Assembly (NCBI GenBank): GCA_963841015.1
Contig: CAWJAX010000003.1
Coordinates: 768,001 to 832,000, forward strand
Length of the DNA: 64,000 nucleotides
Direction: 5' to 3'
Origin: an uncultured Methanoregulaceae archaeon
GTDB taxonomy: Archaea; Halobacteriota; Methanomicrobia; Methanomicrobiales; Methanospirillaceae
Position numbers and translations under genes: made by a program. Below, in pieces: positions 10,261 through 21,987 of this stretch (positions are counted from its first letter, which is position 1; each line of letters begins with the position of its first letter). The notes beneath the pieces are model-generated. The model was not told the origin of the DNA. It was given only the letters and a program-made list of their open reading frames with translations, and made no database searches.

Positions 10261-10593
10261 GTATAAATCATTTTTTCGGTTGCAGAGTGTCAATGCCCTG
10301 CCAGATTTTATTATTTTATCCGAACAGTTAATACATCAAGGAAGATCCGGACAGAGCTCACACCCGATACATATTTTTCATGGGGCCTTATGCTCCCTAC
10401 TTTTTAGTGTAGGGAAAAATGGATTTCGGACCTTTCAACATTATCGTAAATTACAACAAGTTATGCATTATGACCAGGAGCATAATAATTCGGTATGGGG
10501 GCATACAGGAGAATCAGAGTTTAAAATTATTACTCTGTAGAAAATTTATTAAAAAATAATATTTGAAAAGAGGTTTTGACGTAGAAAAAGGTA

Positions 10594-10663
10594 CGCCCGG
10601 CCGGGACTTGAACCGGGTCAAAAGATCCGCAATCTTCTAGGATGTCCACTACCCCACCGGGAC
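10594..10663 (-). tRNA. tRNA-Arg(GCG); acceptor and T stems each appear one G short (probable sequencing deletions)
   Basis: Reverse complement GTCCCGGTGGGGTAGTGGAC...GAAGA-TTGCGGA-TCTTT...GGTTCAAGTCC. Confidence 0.88.
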
Positions 10664-10848
10664 ACTGAATTTAAGGCTGTCTGCCTTACTAAAATTGCTT
10701 TCATCGCATAAATAACTCACCGTTTAGGGATACAGAGGAAAAATTATCAGAATCTCAAAAGACGAAACGTATGGGCATAAACAGAAAAATCACATAAAAA
10801 AAACAAATCAACACAAAAAAAAATAAAATTTATTGATTATTCACCCGA

Positions 10849-11613
10849 TCATCCAGTCCAAGTTACTCTGGGTGTTGCCGTAGTTTCAACCTTCACAAAA
10901 TCCCGGGGATTGGGATCGAAGTTGGCGCAGTCTGTCGTCATATTAAATAATATTGTATCATTTATATTCCCCGCAGGCTTTACCCAAACCATTGCAGTCG
11001 CAGTAATATTATTTCGCTTGAATTCGATTTGCAAATTATCACGTTTCAGTACTTTGAGGGTCCGATTCAGATATTGATTATATCCCTTCGCCGTTCCGAA
11101 TCCATCCTGGAGATAAATTTCCCCGGTTGATTTGCTCCGGACGGTGACTTCAAACCAGGAAACGGGACTGTAAGTATCATACGATATTACTTTTTCACCC
11201 TCTCCCGTTATCTTGGAATCAACGACTTTTTTACCGGTTATATTAGAGGGTTTGACGGTATAATTAATATACATCGGGGGGCTCTTCAGATCGAACGTTA
11301 TCGCGGTTGTATTATATTCATACGTGTTTTTCGGTGATGTATAAATGCGGCAGTATTTATCCTCGGGGAGTTGGGTTGTGGGGGGTATAGTCCGATATCC
11401 ATTACCTGAAGTTATAGTTACAAAAGGTGTTACTTCCGTAACAAAGATGGGAGTTGGTGTTGCTGTTGTCGCAACGCTGGTTTGAGCGGGATTAAAAAAA
11501 TTTCCGGTTGTTGAAGATGATTTACTGTCTTTTGGCGGTGCGACACAGCCGGTTGCGGCAACAATAAGGATAATAGTAATACAGCAAATAATGCTTACTA
11601 ATTTTTCTTTCAT
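10849..11613 (-). CDS. Secreted lipoprotein, hypothetical
   Basis: Signal peptide with lipobox AATGC, Thr/Pro-rich linker, several N-x-T/S sequons. Confidence 0.75.
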   Translation of the reverse strand: MKEKLVSIICCITIILIVAATGCVAPPKDSKSSSTTGNFFNPAQTSVATTATPTPIFVTEVTPFVTITSGNGYRTIPPTTQLPEDKYCRIYTSPKNTYEYNTTAITFDLKSPPMYINYTVKPSNITGKKVVDSKITGEGEKVISYDTYSPVSWFEVTVRSKSTGEIYLQDGFGTAKGYNQYLNRTLKVLKRDNLQIEFKRNNITATAMVWVKPAGNINDTILFNMTTDCANFDPNPRDFVKVETTATPRVTWTG

Positions 11614-11925
11614 ATTTTAATAGTACCAGCTATTCATAGTAATTAAGTATTTTCACATTGATGTGTCCCTACTATTAAAAATTGTTTATCCAAAAAAAAG
11701 ATTTTCAACCTTTATCATGTTTTTCATAAGAAATTTTACCTGTATTACGATACATTTGGAACAGTGTCAAAAAACTATTAATTTTTTTAAGTTGACGCCC
11801 CATCTGCCCAAAAGATTACTCAGGAATTCTCTCTCTTTTTAAAAATTTTTAAAATTAATTGAATGCATCATAGATTATCAATACGGATGCAATTTTCCTT
11901 CCTTAAAAAACAACCAGCAAAATAA

Positions 11926-12010
11926 TGCGAGGGATGGGATTCGAACCCAAGAACTCCTGCGAGATCAGGCCCTGAACCTGACGCCGTTGACCTGGCTTGG
12001 CTACCCTCGC
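11926..12010 (-). tRNA. tRNA-Leu(CAG)
   Basis: GCGAGGGTAGCCAAGCCAGGTCAACGGCG TCAGG-TTCAGGG-CCTGA, long variable arm, GGTTCGAATCC. Confidence 0.96.
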
Positions 12011-12051
12011 GCTTGTATACATTATGTATGAAATTAAATAAAGATAGGGGG

Positions 12052-13914
12052 TCACTCCCCCTTTCCGGCGGTGTTCCCGTTCAGGGATTTCTTCATCTCC
12101 CGGTCACGAAGCTCATTGCGCTTAATCTTTCCTGATATGGTTTTCGGGAGGGAGTCCACGAATTCGATTGCACGCGGGTATTTGTATGGTGCAGTAACCT
12201 TTTTCACATGGTTCTGGATCTCACGAACAAGTGGCTCAGAGGGTTTAATTCCGGGTTTGAGAATCACGAACGCTTTGACAATGAGCCCCCTGATATCATC
12301 CGGCGACCCAACAACAGCTGCTTCCTGAACTGCCGGGTGCTCGATCAATGCACTCTCCACTTCAAAAGGCCCGATGCGGTAGCCTGAAGCTTTAATCACG
12401 TCATCGTCCCTGCCGATGAACCAGTAATAACCATCCTCGTCCTTATACGCCTTATCTCCGGTATAATAGAAACCGTTTACAAATGATTTCTTATTTTCTT
12501 CATCGTTGTACAGGTATTCCCGGAATAATCCAACCGGGTGTGGATCGAGCCTGATGGCAATTTTACCTTCCTCATGGAGACCAACCTGTTTCCCATTGTC
12601 ATCATGCAGCTCAATGTGCCAGCCGGGCGATGGTTTCCCCATTGACCCGAATTTCGGAATCATACCGGGAAACGTACCGATACAAAGCACAGTCTCTGTC
12701 TGCCCGTACCCTTCGTAGATTGTGAGCCCGGTTGCATCCTTCCATGCCTTTATAACCTCAGGATTGAGCGGCTCACCGGCACTCACACAATGCCGGAGTT
12801 CGGTAAAATCGAACTTGTCCAGGTCAGCAAGAATGAGCATGCGATAAATTGTGGGGGGACAGCAGAACGTTGTTATGCCATATTTCTCGATGAGGGGAAG
12901 AATCTCGGTCGGATTGAATTTATTTCGAATATCGTACACAAAAATCGCCGCACCTTCGATCCATTGCCCATAAAACTTCCCCCACGCACTTTTTGCCCAA
13001 CCCGTATCAGAGAGAGTAAAGTGAAGATCGTTGATGCGTATATCATGCCAGAACCGTGCGGTAACAATATGCCCGAGTGCATAACTCTGGTCGTGCACCG
13101 CCATCTTAGGTTCACCCGTCGTTCCCGATGTGAAAAAAATCACGAGTGGATCAGTACTCTTGGTTTTTTTCATACCAGGAAGTGAGACTATTTTCGTTGA
13201 CACCGGAGCTGGAAAATCGAGTTCGACAGGGTAGCTGATCCAGCCCTGCCGTTTACCATCGATTACTATCTTGCAGGACAGTGATGGACACTCCTTTGCA
13301 ATCTGATCGATTTTTTCAGCGTGCTCCTGGCTTGTTATGACCATCTTGATATCAGCAATATTTATCCGGTATTTCAGATCATGGGGGGTTAACATGGTTG
13401 GCGCGGGACAATAAACTGCACCACGTTTGATCAATGCAAGAGTAAATGTCCACCATTCAGGGACACGGGGCAGCATAATCAGGACCCGGTCGCCTTTGTT
13501 GACGCCATACTTGATCATGATGTTCACTATCTGGTTGGAAAGACGCATCAAATCCCAGAAAGTAAATTTCTCCTCTACACCATCCTGGTTCACCCAGATC
13601 ATCGCGAGTTTGTTCCGATCCTTATTCGCCCATCCATCGATCACATCAAAACCGAAGTTAAAGTACTCGGGCACATCTATCCGGAAGTTATTGCACGTTT
13701 CATCGTAACTGACCATGTTATGATCATTATGACCAAATACCGGGCCGGCAGATGGCAACGCAGCTGCACCAGCTGGGCCTGTTCCTGAACTTCCCGCAAG
13801 GTTCTTGTGGCATGCCTCGCTAATCCAGTCAGACCGCGAGATTTTTCGCTTTTCACACGATTTATCGATAGTGTCTGTAAGCGTATCGTCCATTGTAACA
13901 GAATACCGCACCAT
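12052..13914 (-). CDS. AMP-forming acyl/acetyl-CoA synthetase (medium-chain type) with an N-terminal ribbon-helix-helix domain
   Basis: FTSGTTGEPK, YGQTET, GRDDD, PKTISGKIKR; N-terminal RYSVTMDDTL...SRSDWISEAC RHH pattern. Confidence 0.92.
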   Translation of the reverse strand: MVRYSVTMDDTLTDTIDKSCEKRKISRSDWISEACHKNLAGSSGTGPAGAAALPSAGPVFGHNDHNMVSYDETCNNFRIDVPEYFNFGFDVIDGWANKDRNKLAMIWVNQDGVEEKFTFWDLMRLSNQIVNIMIKYGVNKGDRVLIMLPRVPEWWTFTLALIKRGAVYCPAPTMLTPHDLKYRINIADIKMVITSQEHAEKIDQIAKECPSLSCKIVIDGKRQGWISYPVELDFPAPVSTKIVSLPGMKKTKSTDPLVIFFTSGTTGEPKMAVHDQSYALGHIVTARFWHDIRINDLHFTLSDTGWAKSAWGKFYGQWIEGAAIFVYDIRNKFNPTEILPLIEKYGITTFCCPPTIYRMLILADLDKFDFTELRHCVSAGEPLNPEVIKAWKDATGLTIYEGYGQTETVLCIGTFPGMIPKFGSMGKPSPGWHIELHDDNGKQVGLHEEGKIAIRLDPHPVGLFREYLYNDEENKKSFVNGFYYTGDKAYKDEDGYYWFIGRDDDVIKASGYRIGPFEVESALIEHPAVQEAAVVGSPDDIRGLIVKAFVILKPGIKPSEPLVREIQNHVKKVTAPYKYPRAIEFVDSLPKTISGKIKRNELRDREMKKSLNGNTAGKGE

Positions 13915-13925
13915 TCTAGATCGGT

Positions 13926-13975
13926 TTGATGGTGCACTTTATGAGCATTTCGATTATAATATGCACCACCATCAA
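13926..13975. promoter_or_regulatory. Inverted repeat (candidate operator) bracketing a TATA-like ATTATAAT upstream of the RHH-synthetase
   Basis: TTGATGGTG at 13926-13934 and CACCATCAA at 13967-13975; GGTGCA/TGCACC also paired; ATTATAAT at 13953-13960. Confidence 0.55.
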
Positions 13976-14326
13976 GAAAATCCCCAAGAACTTAATATCT
14001 CCATCAAGGGTTCATTCAAGAATTGAGTTACTGATCGGCTCCGCAATTCTTTTATAAAAAATTCTGGTGCAGTTCTTTTAATCCTCAGGCAGATGTATTC
14101 AGGTACACCAGGGAAAGATTCCTTTAAGGAGTGCTCTTGGGGGGGGTGCCAGGCTTCATTAATATCATGAATTTTTTTTATACGGACTGGCAGGGATACG
14201 TTATGGATGAAGGAAAGTCGCTTCTTTCGTATCACGGAAATGAGATCCCGAGGATGTGATCTCTACCGAGGGGACATAAAGATTGTCCATTAGTATTATG
14301 ATTCAGAGAAAAGCATAGTATAGTGG

Positions 14327-14881
14327 ATGGCAGATAAAAAGTACGAATCATTAAAAATTGAGAATATCGTAGCATCGGGTGTTATTGCCGATTCAATTGA
14401 TCTTGTTGATGTTTCCAGTAAGATTAAAAGCTGCGAACTCAACACGAAGCGATTTCCCGGCGCAGTCTACCGGATCGAGAACCCGAAGATTGCGTCACTG
14501 ATTTTTTCATCCGGTAAGGTCGTGCTGACCGGTATCCGGGACAAAAAAGCGCTTACTGAAGGGCTCAGAATAATCATGAAGTCTCTTAAGGAGGCAGGTG
14601 TCGATACTTACAAAGAACCAAAAGTGGCAATAACGAATATTGTCTGTTCGTATGATATCGGGAAATACATCAATCTCAACAAAGTGGTCATCACCCTCAA
14701 TCTGGAAAACATCGAATATGAGCCCGAACAGTTCCCCGGGCTTGTGTACCGGATTAAGGATCCCAAGATCGTTGCTCTTCTCTTCTCTTCAGGAAAGATC
14801 ATCCTTACAGGCGGCAAGAACCTTGAGGATATCAAGAAGGGTCTGGATTTCCTCGAACAGAAACTCGAAAGTATTATGTAA
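14327..14881 (+). CDS. tbp: TATA-box-binding protein
   Basis: IENIVAS...FPGAVYR...LIFSSGKVVLTG, with second repeat YEPEQFPGLVYR. Confidence 0.97.
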   Translation: MADKKYESLKIENIVASGVIADSIDLVDVSSKIKSCELNTKRFPGAVYRIENPKIASLIFSSGKVVLTGIRDKKALTEGLRIIMKSLKEAGVDTYKEPKVAITNIVCSYDIGKYINLNKVVITLNLENIEYEPEQFPGLVYRIKDPKIVALLFSSGKIILTGGKNLEDIKKGLDFLEQKLESIM

Positions 14882-14912
14882 TTTTTTTTTAAAATTGCCC
14901 TTTTTTATTCAG

Positions 14913-17610
14913 TTATGACCAGTACCGGTGTGTCTGGATAAAATTTCGTTCCGCTTTCATTATCTCCCGGTAAAAGGCGTCACCATCAGTCAGGGTTGCA
15001 AGAATGCGGGACGCGTTCTCCGGTCCGACACCCCGAGCTGAAAGGGCGATCACTGCTTTCTTTCCACTGGACAGCACAATATTGGCATTTTTTAAGAGAC
15101 GCTGCTCTATCGCACGCTCACCCTGGGTCTTCCGGGATTTCCGGATATCTGAGTACAATTCATCTTCATAGGGTTTGAGTGCTGCAATGAGACGCGCCCC
15201 GCATTTCGGACATTGCGGTTGATCGGGAACGCGGGAGACAACGGTCCGGCTCTTCCAGTCCCTGCAGTTCATGCATACGAGGAGCACATCATCCTGGTCA
15301 AGCCTGCGTTTCAGCGTTGCGAGGACCGCTTGATCAGCCGTAGGGGGAGGGATTTGATCACGGGATGAAAGGAGTCCACCGGCACCGATCAATGAATGAG
15401 GGCCCAGCGCAACACAGATTTCACCCTGTTTCACCTGACGGATAATTCCAACAGCGGTATCGATATCCATATATTCTGAGAGTAGTTCCCGGTATGCTTC
15501 CTGTTGAACAACCGTGCCATCAAAGTATTCTAAAAGACGCTGGATACTGATCTTTTCATAATCGGCATCCGGATCGATTGCACCAAATTTCTTTGCAATC
15601 TGAACCAGTTTCCACTTGAAAAGTGCAGTGCGTTTCAGGGCAAGCCGGAGAATTCCCGGCATGTGTGAAGCGTCAAGGGAGAGCAGCAAATCCCGAACAT
15701 CTGCAGCCCTGACAGAGGAGGGGAGTCGCAGAAGCATGCGATATGCGTCAAGTTCAAGACCGACAGTCGTTCCGTACCGTGCAGATATGAGAATCGAAAG
15801 AACACGTCCCAGAGCTTCATTTGTCTTGTGACCGGCACAGACATTACATACTACCCCGTCATCGGTATTTTCCAGCGTGATGAGGATATCAGTGGGTATC
15901 AGGGACCGGTTTTTATCCATTTCATACAGGAACTTTTCTGCATAGGTGATGCAATCCGGCTCTGAGGTATATTCTGAAATGTCCCGCCTTCTCCGTACGC
16001 TTCCGACTTCGCAAGCAACCGAGTATGGTACCGGAATCTGCTCGCCTTCCCAGGAGGGTAGCTCTCCCAGTGCTTTTTTTGCAGGTTCTACCGTCAGTTT
16101 TCCGTCGGCGATCTCAATTACACGCCAGAGCTGCCCTTTGGTGATGAAAACCACACCCGTGTGTACCCATCCGACCACAAAGGATTCATCGAGGGAACCA
16201 ACCGTTCTTCGGGAGACCATATCAAAGATCGGCACCTTTCGCTCATCGTGTATCATGGAAAGGTTGCCGGCAAGGTAGCGCCGGGCGCGTGCCGTTGTGA
16301 CAATCCGGCTCTTATCGATCCGGATTCAGCCGGTGCTCCTCCATCTGCCGGCACACGTCATCCAGGAGCGTTCCGCAATCGGTAAAGATAGCAGTGCGTT
16401 CAAGGATCTCACGGATTTTTGCCCGTTCTATCTCACCATATTCCACAGCAATGGCAGCAATCTGGTTTGCAAGAACATCAGCGGCATTCCTGTGGGGCAC
16501 AACCCGTTCGATCTCGTTTGCTTTGGCTTTTTTTGCGATGACCAGGGACTCAAGCAGATCGTCAAAACCGGTTGCAAAAATTGTTCCCCTCGATATGGTG
16601 TTCAACCGGTGACCGGCACGACCTATACGTTGCACGAGCCGGGCAACTTCCCGGGGGGATCCAAACTGGATCACATGGTCAACCCGACCGATATCGATTC
16701 CCAGCTCCATCGATGAAGTGCAGATGAGTGTCCGGATCTCACCGCGTTTGAACCGTTCCTCGGCATCGATTCTTACCTCTTTTGAAAGTGATCCGTGGTG
16801 CACCTCAACATTCCCGTGTTCATACAGGGCATGCCCCAGTGCTTCGGCAGTCACCCTTGTGTTCACAAAGACAAGGGTTGATCCTTCCCTTTTCAGGGCT
16901 TTTAAAAGAGCCTCAGTCTGCCGCTGGAAATTGTCGCCAACAAACCTGACAGTGATATCCAGCTGTTTTGCGACGGGAACCGAAACTACTGAAAACACAC
17001 GTTCACCGCAGAGAAAACGTGCAATATCCTCAGGGTTTCCGACGGTTGCTGACAAACCAATGCGCTGGAATTCACCTGCATATACCTGGAGCCGTTCAAG
17101 CGCAACAGCAAGCTGGGCACCGCGTTTGCTTCCTGCAAGTTCATGTATCTCATCGATTATCACGAACTTTACCTGAGCAAGATGCTTTCGGAGCCGTTTT
17201 CCCATAAAAAGTGCCTGGAGCGTCTCCGGGGTAGTAATCAGGAGATCGGGAGGGGACAGTGCCTGTTTACGTCGTTCTCCCATAGGAGTGTCCCCATGAC
17301 GCACACCGACAGACAGCCCGAGCTCACTGCACCACCATTGCATGCGCGCAAGGATATCGCGATTGAGTGAACGTAAAGGTGTAATGTAAAGCGCTTTAAT
17401 GCCACCACCTGCAGGCAGAGAAAGGAGGGCATTAAAGACCGGAAACATCGCACTCTCAGTCTTACCAGTACCGGTTGGTGCAATCAGGACAACGTGATTG
17501 CCTTTAAGGATAAGCGGTATCGCCTGTTTCTGGGCATCAGAAAGCACGGAAAACCCGCGCTTTTTTATACATGCCTGAACCTTCGGATCCAGCACTTCAA
17601 TCGCTTTCAT
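14913..17610 (-). CDS. lhr: Lhr-like SF2 DEAD/H helicase; one gene split by a +1 indel at ~16325
   Basis: APTGTGKTE, DEIHE, LSAT, HHGSLS, ELGIDIG, QRIGRAGH; the C-terminal ORF has PSWEGE and a CxxC/CxxC Zn ribbon. Confidence 0.9.
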
Positions 17611-18352
17611 CTGATTGCAGCGAACTGACGGGGCCGATATATGTCCCATCGGCAAGGATAATCTCTGCTTCCTCTTTTTTCATGCATCTCGACAGCGGCG
17701 AGAACGGGTTTTTGATAATCTGAAGGATATCATACCCTGCAATTTCGTTAAAAGATGGCACGAACAACATTCGGGTGGTGGGGGAATTTTCCAGAGTTGT
17801 ATCCATCCCCAGCCTTTCCAGGTCAAGTCCGACCCGCAGGTATGCCGGGGTCTGAAGGGCGCACCCCACTTCATCTTTCAGCAGGAACAGGGGATGATGG
17901 TGCCCGATAACAATCAGATGTCCTGCAAGCTCAGGGGAGGGGTACATATGCCCGTGAAGATATCCGACTCCATCAATGATTGTTCCATTTCTTGGCTGGA
18001 GCTCAGTATCAAGAAGATAACGTTCTATACCGATGTCGTGGTTACCGGGAAATACCTTCAGGGGGATTCGACTGCGAATAGCATCAAGAATTCCCGGCAT
18101 CTCAAAATACTCCTGACGGGTAAGTGAAGGGATACTGTGTTTAATATCCCCCAGAAGTATGAGCATATCGGGATCTGCTGCATCGATAGTTTTCAACAAA
18201 TGTTCAAGCCTATCAGCACTTCGGCTCCTGAAATGCAGGCCATGGGCGGCGAGATCAGCCTCTATACCGAAATGGAGATCCGCAACAATCAATAGTCGCT
18301 GTGAACTGTCGATTACCAGCGCAGGGCCATCACCAAAAAATTCCAGGTTCAT
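17597..18352 (-). CDS. Metallophosphoesterase (calcineurin-like, Lhr-associated MPE type)
   Basis: ADLHFG, LLGDIKH, GNHD, HGH, GHHHP. Confidence 0.88.
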   Translation of the reverse strand: MNLEFFGDGPALVIDSSQRLLIVADLHFGIEADLAAHGLHFRSRSADRLEHLLKTIDAADPDMLILLGDIKHSIPSLTRQEYFEMPGILDAIRSRIPLKVFPGNHDIGIERYLLDTELQPRNGTIIDGVGYLHGHMYPSPELAGHLIVIGHHHPLFLLKDEVGCALQTPAYLRVGLDLERLGMDTTLENSPTTRMLFVPSFNEIAGYDILQIIKNPFSPLSRCMKKEEAEIILADGTYIGPVSSLQSDESD

Positions 18353-19120
18353 AACGTTTTGACAAATCCTTTCTGAGGCTGGTAACATTCGTCATCAAGG
18401 ATAAGCGATTCAATCGCCGACAAGATAACCTCCTGAGCTATACCACGGATCGCAGCCTGCTTTATAATTTCATCCACAGCAATTCCCCGCGACCCGCTTC
18501 CCGCCTGGATGATCTCCATCACCTGGGTGCGAACATCGCGGGATGCAGGAGCATCACTTTCGGTGAGACGAACGGTCTGTACTGCACTTTCAACCATACC
18601 TGCCAGGTCATGGAGGCGGTTTTTCGTCATTGAATAATGGCGAACCACAGCAAGGTAGCGCTCATCCGTAAAGGTGCCCTGAATAGCGAGGTGCATATGG
18701 TGGAGACGTGCAAGGGTTGATTTTGCTGTTGTCAGCACCCACTGATCACGCACCAGCCGATCCACAACACGAACATTATCAGGGCGAACGGAGAGCATAA
18801 CTTCCCCATTCTTCAGGTACATCTGGGCTCGCCCGGTGACCGTAACAAATGCGGGCACGGGAAGTTTGCAGAAAGTTTCAGCAAGAGCGGTATTACGGCC
18901 ACCTATCACCAGATTGAATACACCTGTTGGATCAGCAATGCGGGTGCGCACCATATCGCCGATATCTGCAACTTCGGTCAGGGCACCGGAAAGGAACATA
19001 TACCGGCACCACGCCCCGCCAGGAGTCACTACCCATGCCGGATTCCCGGAATCCTCATCCTGTACCTGAGAGTGTTGAACCCCCATACTCCCCGGCAAAT
19101 ACCCGTGCTGCACCTTCCAT
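18349..19120 (-). CDS. RPA-associated OB-fold/winged-helix protein; +1 indel at 19066
   Basis: MEGAARVFAGEY from ATG 19120 joins VQDED...VVTPGGAWCR...RIADPTG; C-terminal DECYQP helix-wing. Confidence 0.78.
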
Positions 19121-19319
19121 AAAGTCGTATAAGAATTGGTCTGGTAACCGTATTCAAGATATAGTCAGTGCCATACATCGTGTGTGATTACAATGAACAG
19201 ATAAAATCAACTAATTCGCGCAGCAGTATCGGGAAGACAAAAAGCTACGTCACCGACCACTTGTACAGCACACACAAGAAAGAGGAGCGCCGTCAGACAT
19301 AGAGGTACGGGAACTGAAT

Positions 19320-19775
19320 TCATATTGGAGGAATAAGACTTTTATCAAGTTCCTGCGCTTTTGCATAAGCAGCTTTTGCCTCATCAATCTGCCCGAGATT
19401 TTTAAGAGCATTGCCTTTGTTAAAATAGGCAACCGAAAAGACCGTTGTGAGATTCTCATTGGATGAAAGTGCCACATCAGCTGCAGAAATCGCTTCTCTG
19501 TTTCTCCCAAGCATTACAAGAATACCTGCCCGGTTTGACTGAATCAGAGGTTCAAGTGAAGTCACATTAAGGGCAAGAGCATCGTCGGCAGCTGTAAGGG
19601 CTTCTGCATATTTACCTTCATTTGCGAGATCAACGCTTTTAGTGTAGAGGGCACCGGCCTCGTTGAATTTCTTTGCGGGATTCGAAGAGATTGTGGGTAA
19701 GATGACGAGAAGGGCAAGGGCAATAATCAGTATGGTGATAAGAGATCCAGCTATAATGTACTCCCGGGATTTCAT
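19320..19775 (-). CDS. Membrane-anchored TPR protein
   Basis: N-terminal TM helix; AYFNKGNALKNLGQIDEAKAAYAKAQEL. Confidence 0.82.
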   Translation of the reverse strand: MKSREYIIAGSLITILIIALALLVILPTISSNPAKKFNEAGALYTKSVDLANEGKYAEALTAADDALALNVTSLEPLIQSNRAGILVMLGRNREAISAADVALSSNENLTTVFSVAYFNKGNALKNLGQIDEAKAAYAKAQELDKSLIPPI

Positions 19776-19833
19776 TTTAGATCACTTCTTCAACAGTATA
19801 CACATTGCTTGTATTAAAAATACAGAGGGAATA

Positions 19834-20860
19834 TCAGATCCGTTTTCGGATAATAAACAATCCCGCAATAACAATCCCGAGCAGCGTAATCCATTCTGGC
19901 AGGGGTGTGTAGGTTGTCTTCTTTGCAATTGGTGCTGATGTCGGAACCATAGTTATAGGTGAAATTGTTGATGAACCGGCTGCAATAACGGGTAATGTTG
20001 TAAGCACTGGAGTATTCACCGGAATAGCAGGAGATGGAATCTCTTTCACAAAGGTAATTGTTTTTGTCTGAGTTATCTTTCCTTCAAGGTCAGTAATGCC
20101 GCTGCTCTTATAGGTTTCCTGCAGGTGATTGAGATTCTGCTTTATCGTGAAAGTATATGTCCCTGCAGGATAGAGCTGTTCCCCTCTCACATTCCGCGCG
20201 CTACGGTTCCAGTCTTTGCCGTTTTTCCAGTAAAAGGGGGATTCTGTGATAAAGGGCTGGTTATCAAAGGGTAAGATCACCGTTTGAGAATTTCCGGCAC
20301 TTCCGGTAAATATATTGCTGATCCTCTGGCCATAGGAATCAGTCAATTCAACAGTAAAAAATGAATCTGCGGGGGTGCTATCAGGACGGTGTAATGGTTG
20401 AAGTGCCTGATACAGGTTTGTATCAACACGATAGGTAATGTTCGTTGAAACCGGCACAGATTTCCCGCTCACGTCCTGGTTGTTATCCAGATCCCAGACT
20501 TTGATGTTGAGTTGTGGCTCAAGAACTTCAAAAACAACATTCCGGGGTTTTTTATCGACACAATACCATGCACCCGGATAACGGGCAAAACTTTCCGGAC
20601 TGATAGTATAATGATATATTGTTTCCGAGACCGTATTTATTTCATACAGGGTAATGGTTTTCTCAGGAGGCGCGCTTGCGTTCGTACCGTTTTGCCACCA
20701 TGCTATTGTATGACATCCATTCAATGCTGTGGAGATATCCAGGTTGCTTTCACCGATAAAGACCGGAGCACCTGGAGCTGATTTTCCCGGTACTACCCGC
20801 TACAGGAGCTGCACACAATAAAAAGACGACAAGAGCGATTATACAATATTTTCCTTGCAT
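19834..20860 (-). CDS. DUF3821-like cell-surface glycoprotein with an archaeosortase-type C-terminal anchor; +1 indel at 20780
   Basis: Signal peptide MQGKYCIIALVVFF, GAPVFIGESNLDIS, Thr/Pro linker, TPLPEW-TM-RKR tail. Confidence 0.75.
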
Positions 20861-21008
20861 GGAAAGTAATTTCAAAACCCTTATGATAAACATTATGACA
20901 TCATTAAAAAGAGCGCGTGATTTCCTCTGTCAGCAGTGTTCCAAAGGAAAGACCACCCATACTATCCGTTCCCGAGCTTAAATGTAATACCAGGAAAAGA
21001 GGATGCCT

Positions 21009-21978
21009 ATGGAAGACAACCATACTATCTGGATTGAAAAATACCGGCCACAAAAACTCGCGGATATCGTAGGGCAGGATGAGATTGTGGAGCGATTGTC
21101 ATCCTATGTGAAAAGCGGTAACCTCCCCCATCTCCTTTTTACAGGGAGTGCCGGTGTTGGAAAAACGACTGCTGCTGTGACCCTGGCCCGTGAGTTTTTT
21201 AAGGATTCGTGGCAGACAAATTTCCGTGAACTGAACGCTTCGGATGAACGCGGGATAGATGTGGTGCGTAACCAGATCAAACAATTCGCAAGAACAACAC
21301 CCCTTGGAGAAGCGACTTTCAAAATACTCTTTTTGGATGAGGCCGATGCACTGACCACCGATGCGCAGGCAGCCCTGCGCCGGACTATGGAGAGCTGATG
21401 CACAGACATGCAGGTTTATTCTTTCCTGCAATTATTCTTCCAAGATAATTGATCCAATCCAGAGCAGGTGTGCAATTTACCGGTTCAAACCTCTGGGACC
21501 TGATGCTGTAAAAGAAGAAGCGTGCCGAATCGCCATCCGCGAGGGGCTCACCATAACAAAGGATGCAATGGAAGCAATTGTCTATATTGCACAGGGAGAT
21601 ATGCGCAAGGCAATCAATGCCCTTCAGGGAGCAGCAATTCTCTGTTCCACTATAGACGAAAAGATGGTGTATGCAATCACTTCCACTGCCCGTCCGGATG
21701 AAATTGAAGATCTTCTGAAGCTCTCTCTTGGAGGAGACTTTGATGGTGCCGAATCGCTTCTTGCAAGTCTTCTCCACGAACGGGGGATTGCTCCTAATGA
21801 ACTGATCAACCAGTGTTACCGTGCAATTGTCAAACGGGATATGGATCGCGGATTAAAAGTGGAGCTGATCGACCATCTCGGTGAAACGGACTATCGGCTC
21901 TCTGAGGGGTCAAGCAGCGATATCCAGATGGAGGCACTGATCGCCCGGTTCGTACTCTCTTCACAGAAGCTCAGGTGA
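21009..21978 (+). CDS. rfcS: Replication factor C small subunit; +1 indel at 21397
   Basis: [47 protein letters not shown]. Confidence 0.93.
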
Positions 21979-21987
21979 GGTAAAAAT

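Noticed and set aside
10594-12010. Integrated element between tRNA-Arg and tRNA-Leu
   Set aside because: No integrase and no duplicated tRNA 3' end; only a host-type lipoprotein lies between them
14100-14165. Possible further degenerate repeat copies (also GGTGACGTAGC near 19244-19254 and GAAGGAGGGG near 9366)
   Set aside because: Only short matches, not collinear enough to call by eye
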